A stretch of 64,000 nt of DNA, from positions 30,566,001 to 30,630,000 of the forward strand of contig CP158635.1 in NCBI GenBank assembly GCA_050273025.1. The letters run 5' to 3'. The stretch's first letter is position 1. Every line of letters begins with the position of its first letter. Source of the stretch: Cenococcum geophilum (taxonomy: Eukaryota). Of the stretch, positions 25,610 through 37,723 are shown piece after piece. Below the pieces are notes generated by a model. The model worked only from the letters and a program-made list of their open reading frames with translations. It was not told the DNA's origin and made no database searches. The position numbers and the translations under genes are program-made.

Positions 25610-28600
25610 CTATTATTTATACGCTTGCAGAGAAGAGGATTAATTAATCTAATTAGTGGGTACGGGCTTAAAGGCATTAATTAAGAATGGGTATATTCGC
25701 AAGGCCATTTATAGGGGATTGCCCTGCCTTAACTAAACGTAATGCCTATAGACCTAGAAGCGTAGCGCCTATACCACATAAGGTAGAGTAGGGGAAAGAA
25801 AAAATAAAAAATAAAAAAGGGGGGGAAAGGAGAGATTTAAGTTAATGTATTAAAGTGCTAAAATAGGCACTCCTACATGCCGTTATACCTAAATACCTTC
25901 GCCTATTATATCTAGGGCGAGTAATAATAAGAACGGTATTAGCGTTTTACGTTAGAAGTTTACACTTAGCCAAAATAGGTCTTTTAGGGATAATAAACAG
26001 TAAAGCTAGAACGCTTGTGAGGACTACTAGCCCAGTTACTATATTTAGCCGTCCATGAAACCGTTATCTTAAGCGTATTAAGCAGCACCTTTCTAAAATA
26101 AGTGTCCGTTATAGAGCTTAGAGTAAAGGCCAAGAGCGGCAACTTTATACTTTAGCTTATTTCTAACCGCGTAGCTTATAAAGGCCGATCTCTTAAAGTA
26201 AAAGAGAGGGGCGTTTCTAGGTTGGGGGTTATTTTTAAATAGGTATTTTATAGCTCAAACTGCGCATTTAAGTTGCCCTAAAGTAGCAATTTTAATTAAA
26301 ACTCTTTGGTAATTAACGTCCGTTTTACTACGCTTTAGATATAATATTATATAGTCCTCTGCCAGCGTTATATCGTTTCTAGTATATTTTATAGTAGAGA
26401 AGGCGTAGCTATTTTTCTAAGCCTTAGTGTAGGTAATCTCGCCTAGATAAAGAAATCCCATAAAGGCCGTAGTAACGGCGGCATTAAAGTTAAGATTCTT
26501 AATAAATTAGGTATTTAGGGTAACCAATTAGGCGAGGATGTCTTTAGTAATTGGCAATCTTTCAGCTATAGTAAAGGGATTTATAAATATTACACCATCT
26601 AGGATCCTCTTAATAATAGGATTATTAAAGATAGAGGTGTTATAATTAGCGTTAATATAGTGGGATTAAATTGCGGAGACATAGGCTCTAACTATAGTAG
26701 GCTTAATACGGCTTATTCCTAGACTAGTATTATTAAAGATCTATTAGGTAATCTATTCTCCTAGGTAGTAGAGGGGCGTTAGGTACTTTACCGCTCTATA
26801 AAGGTCGCAGTAGCCCTCTTAATTCTTAATTGCGGGATGGTATAAATCTCTCGTTCTATTAGAGAGGCTATGCTATAATAGTTGGCCGAAGCATTCTAAG
26901 GGGGCTTTTACCTTAATCTAAAAATTAGGTAGGGGGTCTTTAAGAGGGACCAGGTCTTCTATTTTGGCGTTAGATTAAATATAATAAAGAAGCGTATAGT
27001 AATAGTAAATTAGAAGTATCCTAATATAGGTATAGTAATAACACCCTATCGCGATTAAAATAAGATAGAGTATTAGCTAGCCTATTTTCTGCAGAGGAAA
27101 CCTACTCCGCATAAAGCGTAATATTATAGGCTGCAGCTAGTTAGAGGATTTTACGGAGCGGGTAATTACCTAATCCTTTTACCACTATATTCTAGAATCC
27201 TAAAAGTGCTACTATGTTATCTGTATAGATATAGACTAAGCTATACTCCTACTGCGTTGCCCAGAGCTAAAACAAGGTCGTAATCGCTTAGACCTCCCAC
27301 TTATTAATTAGGGCAAGGCGGTGTTCTACATTAGGGTAGCAGCTTAAAGAATTATCTTAGGGTAAAGATACCGAATAGGGCGGCCATATTATCCCTTAAG
27401 AATTCTTAAAAAAGAAGAAGGCCCTATAACTAAGAATCCCGGATACGTCTAAGAAGAGATAGAATTATTTTTAATCTGTATCGTTAAAGAAGAGGATACT
27501 ATTTAAAAGGGTAAGAGCATCCCTTTACCATAATAAGTCTTAGCGAAGTTTAGTTGTTAGCTATTAGTAAGAATAACTACTTACCTTTATAAAAGTGGAG
27601 ATAAACTCCTAGATAGAGCGGTTGTATAAACGCCTAAGCCTAATTACCTAGGCGCTCTAAGCAAGTCTACTAGCTAGTTTTTAACTCTAAACTAGCGTTA
27701 GGGATCTACCACTTAACGCTTTATTAATCTCCTTAATTATAGTAGCCTATTTTAAAGGAGAAAGACGCAGCTTAGACTTTAGAGTATCTATAATATAACC
27801 TAGGACTTTAGCCGTAGTGCCTTTAATATTCTTTAATTCGTTTCATGGGATACCTAATTTATCGCTTAATTAGTTATATACACTAAGCAATTAAGGGAAA
27901 ATAGAAGCGTTAAAGAGTATAAAGATAAAGTTATCTAGATAGTGCTTTAAGGCGGCGTTTGGGATATGTTAGATAAGTATCCAGTAGAATCCCTTTATAA
28001 AAAGATTAAATAAAAAGGGTGCAGTTTAAAGGCCAAATAAGAGGCAACGTTTAAAATATACTATACCCTTTTAGGAGAACCCTATAAGGCGTTAAGCTTT
28101 AATAGAAAGTGGGATATTCTAAAAGGCGTCCTTAATGTCCCTCTTAATAATTATGCAACTACGGCCTATATATATAACGTGTTAGAGAACCTAATTAACT
28201 GTTAAATATTATAGTATAGCAAATGCTATAGGGATTAAGTCGTTAACAGATCGGCTAGATAGTAAGGTTAAGTTATAAATACGGCGCCATCCCCTATCCG
28301 CTTTAGGTACTAAACCTAGCGGCAAGGATATAACGGGAGATGTTGCTATTATAATCCTACCTATATCTAAATCGGCGCTAATCTTCTCTAAGATTAGGAC
28401 TGTATTTGCGGCTATTAAGGCTTAGTTCTTTTAGGAGAGGAGCTTAATTTTTAGGTCTACCCTAATCTGGTATCTAAACTTTAAGATACCAATAATGTTA
28501 CGTTAGAGGTTGCTGGGGTACAGGGATAGATAACGCCCCCACGCTTAAATAATTAAGGGGGAGGGAGAGTCCTATAGAGAAGAGGAGGGCAGGAAAACTG

Positions 28601-30440
28601 GAAATAATAGTATAGTATTCGGCCTACCTATACTATAAGGGTAAAGCATGGTTTTAGCGGAGTATAGGTATAGCTTAATAAAATTCTCTTTCTCCTCTTT
28701 CTTTTCCTTATTAATACTTTCCTCTAGTAATTACTACTTATAATTCCTCGTAGCATATAGGCCACCGCACTTGCTATAGGTATATAGGAACTTATAATTC
28801 TTACCTAGGTTATACTTCCCTCTATTAAAGCTATAACAGGTCCTTAAGATATTAGTACTTACTTATACGCGTTTTAAGATAGATACGGATTTATAAGTAC
28901 TGGGATTATAATAGATATCTAGGAAGTTATTAGAGATCTTTTAGTTAGCTAGCTCTAACTAGTTCTTTTAAATAACTATAAAGTGGTACTCCAAGGCCAT
29001 AGTTATTAAGGGAGTAATTTAGTAGGTGGTAGATAGCTAGATAACTTAATTATAGAAGGCAAGTATTTAGGGAATAAGATCTACCAAAAGATTCTTATAT
29101 ATAACGATTAAAATTATTATATAGTTAAGGAAGCCCTCTACCCACACTTTAACGGACGGGTAGTCCTTTATTATCCCTTCTTTTAGTCTTATAGAAAGGA
29201 CGCTATTAACAATAAGAATATTATTCTAAGGCTTAGACTAGAGCTAGTGTATCTAAAGGCGAGAGAGGTTATTAGGCAAGAAAGTACCCTAAAATACCTT
29301 AAGTATCTCTTTATTTAGAACGCCAGGGAGAAGGGTATTTAGGATATTAACTATAAATAGGAGTAACTTACCCGGTTTATTAATTAGGGTTAAGGATAAC
29401 ACTGCCGTAACTAATCTCGCTATTACCGTAGCAAGGCTTAATATATAGAGTTTAGTCACCTAATCTTCCTATTCTTTTTAAACGCGTAGCATTTTGGTAC
29501 GGTCCTCCTATTCCTAAAGGAGTCTTATTTTCCAGTCGGTTGCCTAGTCCTTAACCTCCTTTACCTAAGCTCTTCTAATCCTTAGGTCCTCCTTATATAG
29601 TTACTAAAGCTATTCTTTAGCTTTTTTAGCAGCTAAAGTCTTATATTAAGCCGCGGAGAGAGGCGCCATTATAGAGGATAAAGACTGTAATGCCGGCGTA
29701 TCGCCTAAAGGTATAGGGGAAGGTGAGGGAGACTAGTAGGTAACCTTTAAGGAGTTTAGCTCGTCGAGTGTGTCGTCGTTAGTTAAGTTTTTAAGGTTTT
29801 TATAAACAATTCGCGAAGGTTTAGACGAGCGTATAGGTCGTTAAGTTATTAATAGCAACAATTAATTATTAGAAATTGAGTAAATAAGGCATTAGCTCTT
29901 AAATGAGACTAATATGAAAAGCAAGCAAGCAAGGCTCAATTTTGTGAATGTTGATAATGTTGGTGTTGCTAAGATGCAGGGGTGCTGCTGCAGTGCTCGC
30001 TTAGCCACATAGATATGTCTATAGTTAAAGACAATAGCAAGCTAAGGCTCTATATATTAAATTCTATACTAAAAAGTTCTACGGAACTATACTAGAACAC
30101 TAAATTGCCTATAATACTTATAATTAATTATAGACCGGTATAAAGGCTTAGAAGTAGAGTTATATAAAAATCCCTATATTAGCTTAAGTAGTTACTAGTA
30201 TACTTTTAGTAGGCTTCTAATAGGTCTTCTAGTAATTCTTACGTTTTTTCTCTAGTTATATTTTTTCCTTATTAAGGTTTTTTAGGAGTTTAAAGTAGGG
30301 GTTAGATAGATAGATAATATATAGTGGTATACTAACGTCTCTTTAATATCTTTCCGAACCACTTCTAGGATAAGCCCTTATAATCTCCCTACCGCAAGGT
30401 AATAGCGATTGGGGGCTAACCGTAAGAAGGGAGGGGGTAA

Positions 30441-30657
30441 TATAAGGGATATTATTACGGACACCTTAAGTTGCCCTTAAAATAACCCCTAAACGCCCCT
30501 TAGATAGTCGCCGGTTATATACTAGAGGTATGTACCTATAGTATATAGTCTCTACAATCCCAGAGGCCTTACCTCCTTAGGGATTCGTCTCTCTTACTAA
30601 TCTATTCTATTCCTATAATCGTGCCTTATAGCTCCCTGTTTATAAAGTCCCCTTATA
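30441..30657 (+). repeat. Probable 3' LTR of an old LTR element (possibly the outermost host of elements A, B and the Ngaro)
   Basis: PPT-like AAGAAGGGAGGGGGTAA directly upstream; ends T(A)TAAGGG...CCCTTA(T)A fit RIP-altered TGTAAGGG...CCCTTACA. No partner LTR found in the window. Confidence 0.5.
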
Positions 30658-31669
30658 AGTATATATTATAGTTAGGGAGTATATAATTAGCAGTGCCCTA
30701 TATTAAAGCATTATATAACTTATTATTAATAATTAATAATTAAATTTTTTAAATAGAAACTAATTAACTTAAATAATATTAGTTAAGATTAAAGCCATTT
30801 ATATATAAAATTTAAGCTATATAGCTAAGGGATTAAAGAGTTAATTTTTTTTTTAGAAAAAGTATATATAAAATAGAACTGTGTGCGAAGTAGTAATCTA
30901 TAATAATATTAGTTCCACTTACTACCTTTAACTAAACTATAGTAATTCCCTATCCCTAAAAGAGAAAATACTAATTAGCCTATATAATAATTAAAGATAG
31001 TAGGACTCTACGTTACTACCTATTATATTATTATTAATTCTATTTATTACCCGATTCTGTCCCTTTTCTAGGTCTATATAGATAGCTACCTTTTATATTA
31101 GAAAAAAAAACCCTAAAAAGGGGAAAGCCTAAGTATATCCTTCTAGCTAGTTTTATATACTCCGCCTTTACCTAGCCTATTTACTTTTAAAGTATCTTAA
31201 AAGGTCTTAGGGGGGGTAGTGGGAGGGTTTAGTAATTTATACCCACCCTAGTAAATAGCTAGTCTTTAGTCGCCTCCCTTTTGTCTCTACCGTTGCCTCC
31301 CTTTACTCCTTTACCGTTATTCTATTATTGCCTAGGTGTTACTAGCTATATAGCCCCTAAAGATATATTATTATAACGCTAGCTACTATAACTAACTATT
31401 TTACTATAACTAGTCTATTATAGACAGCTAGTTTACCATAGATAGCGTATAGTAAGGGCGTTGTAAATATACTGTAAATGCTATTATAAACGACCTCTAC
31501 TATAACCGTTGCTACTACTACCACTACTACCACTATAAGATACTATACTAAGACTCGCGATAGGCCTATATTAAGAGTAGGGGCGAAAGGAACGCTGGTA
31601 GAAAACGATCTAGGTAGATCCTCCTGCATCAATACTATGCCAAGACTCGTAATAGTTACTAAGTACTAC

Positions 31670-31813
31670 ACCAGTTGAATTTAGTTGCAACCGCTGCAAT
31701 ATTGGTTCAATTAATTTAATTAATTAAGCCCTCCGCTTACAAAGTTTTCAATTCAACCAACTCGAGGTGTCAATTGAATTAAATTGAATTGAATTGAATG
31801 ATTTGCAACCCTG
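31670..31813. mobile_element. Probable terminus of a hAT-like DNA transposon relic at the left edge of the gene island
   Basis: Ends TTGCAACCCTG (reverse complement CAGGGTTGCAA) after clustered AATTG subterminal repeats. Other end not found. Confidence 0.4.
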
Positions 31814-32022
31814 GACTGGCGCAAACACTCGCGCCAATTGAATCCAAAATGGCGGGCTAGCCTATATAGGTAACTATTATTCCTATCTAGGCACGGTGCA
31901 TTGGATTTGGACTGGAGCATTGGAGTGGATTTGACCTCAGATCTACGCCACGCTGGTCCAAATAGATCACCGTCTGGGAGAACAGAGCGTAACATGCAAC
32001 TCTTAATCGGCGCCCTAGGCTA

Positions 32023-34276
32023 CTACCGCTTCTGATGCCCTTTTAATATATCATCCGCAATTTTCTCCGCTAATCCATCTGCATTACAGTTAGCTAAACC
32101 AATATTAAAAATAAAGGTAGCTACAAATTTTTACTTACAAATTGTCGCCTGCGGATGGCCGGGAGGCAGCAGAGGGAATGCTGCTGCGTCCACTACGCGT
32201 AAACCCTGTACGCCAATGACTTTCGCCTTGGAGTCCACTACAGCCATTGTGTCGTTGCGCCTGCCCATTTTACCTGAAGAAATAAATTAGCATAGATCAG
32301 ATAAACGGAATCCACAACCGATACTGCTAAAAGAGATAACTTACAGGTACATGCAGGGTGATAAATGGTCCTTGTTGTATTCAAAATGTATTCTTTAATC
32401 TCCTCGTCTGTTTGTACGCTTGGCCCTGGGTCAAGTTCGCCGGAGAGCAACACACCCTGTATGGCCTTCGCTGCCCAGATTTCTCTCATCCGCTTGAAAG
32501 CTTGTACGGCAACTTCGATGTCAGTAGAATTGGTGAACCAGCCTGGGTCAATGAGGGGCTGGACTGCTGTATCGTTTGATTGTATGGTGACGGTGCCACG
32601 CGAGAGTGGGGCAACTATACCGGCGGAAGTAGATGCATAGTTTTTGCCTGGGAGAGCATCTGAATAAGCTGTACTGCTTACGACGTATTCCACTTCCGGC
32701 CAGTCTGAAGCAAAGTCACCAAGATCCTTTTTGCTTGCGGAGCTGAGATTGGCGCGGTACGTCTCGGGGAGTTTTTCGAACGCTGTGAATTTTTGTCAGT
32801 AGATGAATGCAGGGCCAAGTGAAATAAAGTGTACCCAGCATATCTGCAGCCATGCTGGTAAGTATACCAGTCGCATTTTTTATATACTCCTCGTCAGCTT
32901 GAGCCTTGTACACAAGGTCAGTTAACTGGCTTTGAGTAACTACATCAACCTGGTAAGTGATCGAGAAGAGCACGTGATCCTAGGAGAAAGCTTAGTCTCA
33001 TCTTCTTTTGGTTACGATGCCGGAGAAAAAGGAGATCGCATACCCACATGCCCTTACCAACCCCAGGCCTATCAGCAAGAACAGGAATATCGTATTTGCT
33101 TAGCTCTTCCTTTGGGCCTACGCCTGATACCATGAGAATTTGCGGAGAACCGAACTGTAACCTTAGTAGTCGTCAAGAATGCTGGGTATCATGTACTTAC
33201 TGCGCCTCCTGAGAGGATTACTTCATTGTTTGCAGATATTATATACTCTGATCCATAAGAACTGGCGCGAATACCGGTGGCGGTCTTGTTTCCATTAAAG
33301 AGAATCTGCTTGACCATAGTCTGGGTATATACTTTCAGATTCGTTCTGTTGCTTCCAAAAGCCGCCTGAAGAAAGCTCGATTCGCTCGAACTCCGAGTCT
33401 GGTCATCTGGTTTTATAGAGGTGGCTGAATATTGAACACCTAGCAGGTTTCCACTATTGAGGTCAGAGAGTGCTGAAATGCCTACTTCGGCAAGAGCGGG
33501 CAAAGCCCAAGAGCTGAAAGGCATAGCCCAATTTGCATGTGAGACCTCTAAAGGTCCACCGGTAGCTATATAAGCTGTCGAATTCGGTGATGGGACGGAG
33601 GCATTCGCAGCTCGGATTTGTACGTTTGGAGCAGTGTAATGAGCACTCTTCCGAAAATATGGGAGAAATGATTGGAACTTATAGCTATCGTCACCGACGG
33701 CAGAAGCCCATTGGTCATATGATCCTGCCGTTCCGCGTTGATAGACCATAGCATTGCGTGCTGACCTGTATAAGAACTATTATGTTACTATACTGAAAAT
33801 AGGGGTAGGCCGACATACGTTCCGCCAAGGCACCTCCCACGCGGGTAATGATATACGGTGTTCCCCAGAGCTGTTTGTGGCGTAGTCAAGTAGGCCCAGT
33901 CAACAAGTGGCGCCGTGTGAACGAGTGAAGCATCGGTTCCTACATCAGAACCGACCCAGTATCCGGGCACGACGGAGCTAGGAATACAGGTTAGAGAAGC
34001 AATCCGACGTGCCGTAAGCTCTTACCGATTTCCATGATCTTTCTCGTAGAAGTCGCCAGCTTCCACGATGGCAACGCTTATTGACTCATCTTCAGCAAGG
34101 CGAGTCGCAAGTGTCAGGCCTGCCGTACCGCCGCCAATAATTACGTAGTCGTAGGTAGCATTTTCACCACCTAGGCCGAAGTGATTGGAAAAGAGAACGG
34201 TCTGACCACCGAAGAGTGGTGCGGTCCGAGCCTGGAGTGCGAAAAATATGCCTACGATCTTTATGACGCCAAACAT
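32023..34276 (-). CDS. Secreted GMC oxidoreductase (versicolorin B synthase/PatE-like subgroup), 7 introns
   Basis: Signal-peptide-like N-terminus; [15 protein letters not shown] motif; [66 protein letters not shown]. Exons join in frame at GT-AG introns. Alternative ATG at 34315. Confidence 0.93.
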
Positions 34277-35752
34277 GATGATAGGATGGTAACTTGACTG
34301 GAGGGAGCGCAGCATATATTCCTTGGATTTATAGATGGCCGATCAGCTTGCACCGGGCCCCCACAAATTTTCCCGCATCGCAGCTAGTCAACCAGGCAGA
34401 TGGTAAAGCCATCCACCAGACGACGCTAAAGCAAAATCTACGTGCCTAATCAAGCTTGGGATCTTCCCTACAGCATTCGTCATGAGCAAGACGAGAAGCT
34501 AAAAGACATGTCAGCTCTGTACAGCTTGCCCTAGATCCAAAGGAAAAATTTATCCTAGCGTGTAGCTTTGAAGAACACCCCAGAGGGTCAAAACACGACG
34601 CTGTTGTGGGATGTGTTTGAGATGGGGCGAGCCGGACGGCATAAGTTGAGTAACCCAATGCCTGAATCTGAACTAGAAATAGTTAGTGTACGGATTCAAC
34701 CGGGGGACACTGCACTGGCCCGTTAGTTCTGAGACTAATTAAGTGGGGCGTAAAGTACACCACCTCGGCGCATCTGGTTGAAAGCGCGTGTTGATCTTGG
34801 CGATCAAACAGCACAGTTTTATACCTTTGAAGTAATAAGCACGACCATTTTGACGTATTTTAACGTATTTTTGGGCATAAGTCCGATCAACACGCGCTTT
34901 CAACCGGATGCACCAGGGCGATGTGTTCTCTAGAGAGGCACGGAAGCACACAGATATAGTCGCACGTTAGTTTACACCGGGTGCAGTTTGTGAGTGCGGT
35001 CTTGCCACACCCACCAAATTTGAATTGCCACCAACATATCCACAACAAAGAGCTTTTTTATTATCATTTAATAGCGCTAAAGTAAGGTCCCTGCTATTAT
35101 ATTCACGACTTTTTTTAGTTAATTTGGGTAGTGTTTTAATGGTGCAGGCTTAATTAATAACTTCTGCCTTGGTGCCTTAACTCACAAACCCACCCAGGTG
35201 GTTATTGTGCCTAATTGACGTCTCCTCCGCGGACACGTTAAGTCCCCTTCTCGAGGGCCCATAAGCTCGAGGCAGGTGCAGCGGCCCTTCTTTAGGTGAG
35301 AGCAGAGCTTTGGTAGAGCCCCTGACCCAGTTCCTGACCCAGTTTCAGCGCGCGTCGTATTTAACCGAAAGTCCACTAATCAAAAGCTTACGCCCAGTTC
35401 GGCTAACGGCCTATGGGTGGTAGTAGTATGATATGTTCGTGCTCTACCATCATAAAGCTCGCACCAAAGGCCCTCAGACGGCAAGACAAGCTGCTGACGA
35501 AAGTGGGCGCCGTCTGCTCATAGACATTTCTTTTTGTGTTTTTCTAACTCCCTGGCTGAGGTTCTGATTCTGCGCGGGTGTGATGCGCCACACGGTTCAT
35601 CCTGCGCCACGCGGTTCATTATGCTTGGTGACGTAGTACTCTCGAAACCTGATATTCGCTGCGAAGATATCTTTTACAACTTTATATTGTAGTATTCTAG
35701 TCATTTCTTGTCCTTTTTGTTATAATATACCCATAAAACTCAGCCAGCTATT

Positions 35753-37165
35753 ATGTCTGCTCTGGAAGATATCAAACAACAAAATGCAGCGCTTCAATGT
35801 AAGCCAGCACTTTTTATATGATCAACGCTATTAGACTCTGATTGACTGTAAGCGTGAATAGCAAGTGTTGCCAAGGTTGCAGAGGGAGCAAAGAAAACCC
35901 CTTCTGTTTCAACGCTCGTGAAACCAAGGACCCCGTTAGGGACCAAAAAGCCGCCGCCATCGGCCTCAACGAAGACAACTACAACACCAGTGAAACCTAC
36001 TCCGATTAAACCAATCACAACCTCGACAGCTTCCACTTTAACTAAGACCACAGCATCTTCAACTACACCGGCTGCCACACGTACCCGTACACCAATTGGG
36101 ACCAAGAAGCCTATACCTCCCGCTTCTAAGAAGGTTCTATCTCAAGCCACAGGAAAGGAATCCACCGTGACGCCAGTAAATAAACCAGTCACAACGGCAG
36201 CAGATACAACCAAGCCAGTACGAACCCCTACTGGGACCAAAAAAACAATTCCAGTATCTTCCACAAATAAATCTACATCCACAGCAGTCTCAAAGACAAC
36301 AACCGCCACCAAGGCACCCACCAAACTCTCCTCCACCCCGAAGCCAACCACCTCATCCACAACCACAACCACAGATCCCACCCAAAAAGCCACTCCCGTC
36401 AAGAAAGCTCCAGCTAAGATCGCGCGCGTCAATCCCGATGGCACCAGACCCACCCCTCAGCCCGCAAAGCCGCCCACTCCCACCATAAAACCACAAAGCA
36501 GCCCCGCGTCCGCCGGCGCCGCCACACGCGACGCCATCACCGGCGCCACGAACAAGACCGTCAGCAAAGTGACCAGCGGCCTCACCACCACCACCGGCAC
36601 CGTCACCTCGGGCGCCAACCTCGCCGTCACGGGCCTCACGGACACGGCGGGCAAGGGTCTCGACCAGCTCCCCGCCGGCGTGGGCAAGCCGGCCAAGCAG
36701 GTGACGGATGGGTTGGGGAAGACGGTGACGGGGGTGACGGATAATTTGGATTATACGATTGGGAATACGACGAAGGGGCTGCAGGGCACGCTTAGCAAGA
36801 CGACGAATGCGATTGGGAGAGGTGATGCTAAGGGTACTGTTGGTGGCTTGTCGTCTGGTCTTGGGAATACGGTGTCCGGGGCTGGAAAGGGGGTTGGTAA
36901 TACGCTTGGTGGTGTCGTTACTGGGTTAGGAGATACAGTTGGAGGGCCGGTTGGGGGTATTGTGGGAGGTGTAGGAAAAGGAGTGCAGGATGGTGTTGGC
37001 GGGATTACAGGAGGTTTGGGAGAGGGAGTTGGGAAATTGGGGAAGGGAGATGTGGTGGGAGGCCTGGGAAGCACCCTTAATGGAGTTGGGAGAGGAGTTG
37101 GTGGATTACTTGGGGGTGTGCTAGGTGGCGCATGGCTCAAGGAAGAGGAGGAAGAAGAAGAGTAA
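35753..37165 (+). CDS. Low-complexity protein: Thr/Lys/Pro-rich N-half, Gly/Val/Leu repeat C-half, poly-Glu tail
   Basis: ATG at 35753; intron 35799-35861 (GTAAGC...CTGAC...TAG) joins in frame to the 415-codon ORF that ends at 37165. No obvious signal peptide. Confidence 0.75.
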
Positions 37166-37723
37166 TGGTTGAGTGTGCGGAAGAGTGAGGTTTAAAGGGC
37201 AAAATTGCAGAGAGTGCGGTTCTTTGTGTATTCAGATTGGCGACTGATATCTCGGCTTTCTATAATAATTATCCATACGGCTGACAGGACCCAAGTGGAA
37301 TCTTGAACCCCCGCGGAGTCTTACACATCCAAGTGGACGAACTGCCTCGGAGAAGCTGTCTCACAACCAGCAATTCAGGTCAACTTGCCGTCTGGAACAT
37401 TTTTATCTTAGCAAATTGAATTCATCCAAATTTTTCATATTATTTACAGAGTATTTGTTGTGTAAAATCCGATAACTCTATATGACCCTCCGGGATGCCC
37501 AAAAGCACGCTCTCTTGATGCGTCTCAGTAATCATACTACCTTTCCTAAAAGGAGTTGCTAGCTCGTCCTGATATGAAACTGGTACCTTGGCCAAATCTC
37601 TAGGAGGTAATGATGCAAATTTCTGAAGTGGTTTCAAATGCTGAATCCAAGTAAATCGCTGGCACTAATGATCGAAAAGACTGTTGTTGGGTTCCGCAGT
37701 GGGATGCAGCAGCCTATTGAAGA

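Larger units (their letters stand above)
25280..30022 (-). mobile_element. Tyrosine-recombinase (DIRS-order, Ngaro-type) retrotransposon with split direct repeats, RIP-inactivated
   Basis: Minus-strand layout A1 (30022-29918), ORFs, B1 (25754-25609), A2 (25609-25505), 79-bp spacer, B2 (25425-25280). Gag-like ORF with Cys/His fingers ~28740-28840. RT motifs KRDIKDAFRNIP, ERCLSFGL.TAPFLF, HYLDDF (~27935). RNase H motifs DASG..GYG, YTDN, N.LADALSR. YR motifs AFMGFLRLGE, LKRSKTD, GHSFRKGAA (~26085-26107), LGRWSSQAF.LY (~26000-26035). Confidence 0.92.

Noticed and set aside
25900..27000. Tyrosine recombinase as a Starship captain or Crypton
   Set aside because: It is short, lies directly downstream of RT/RNase H and is enclosed by split direct repeats, so it belongs to a DIRS-order retroelement.
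35794..37140. Minus-strand ORFs overlapping the low-complexity gene, and similar antisense ORFs over GMC, HET, CSC1 and LysRS
   Set aside because: Shadow frames of real genes; no independent motifs or splice support.
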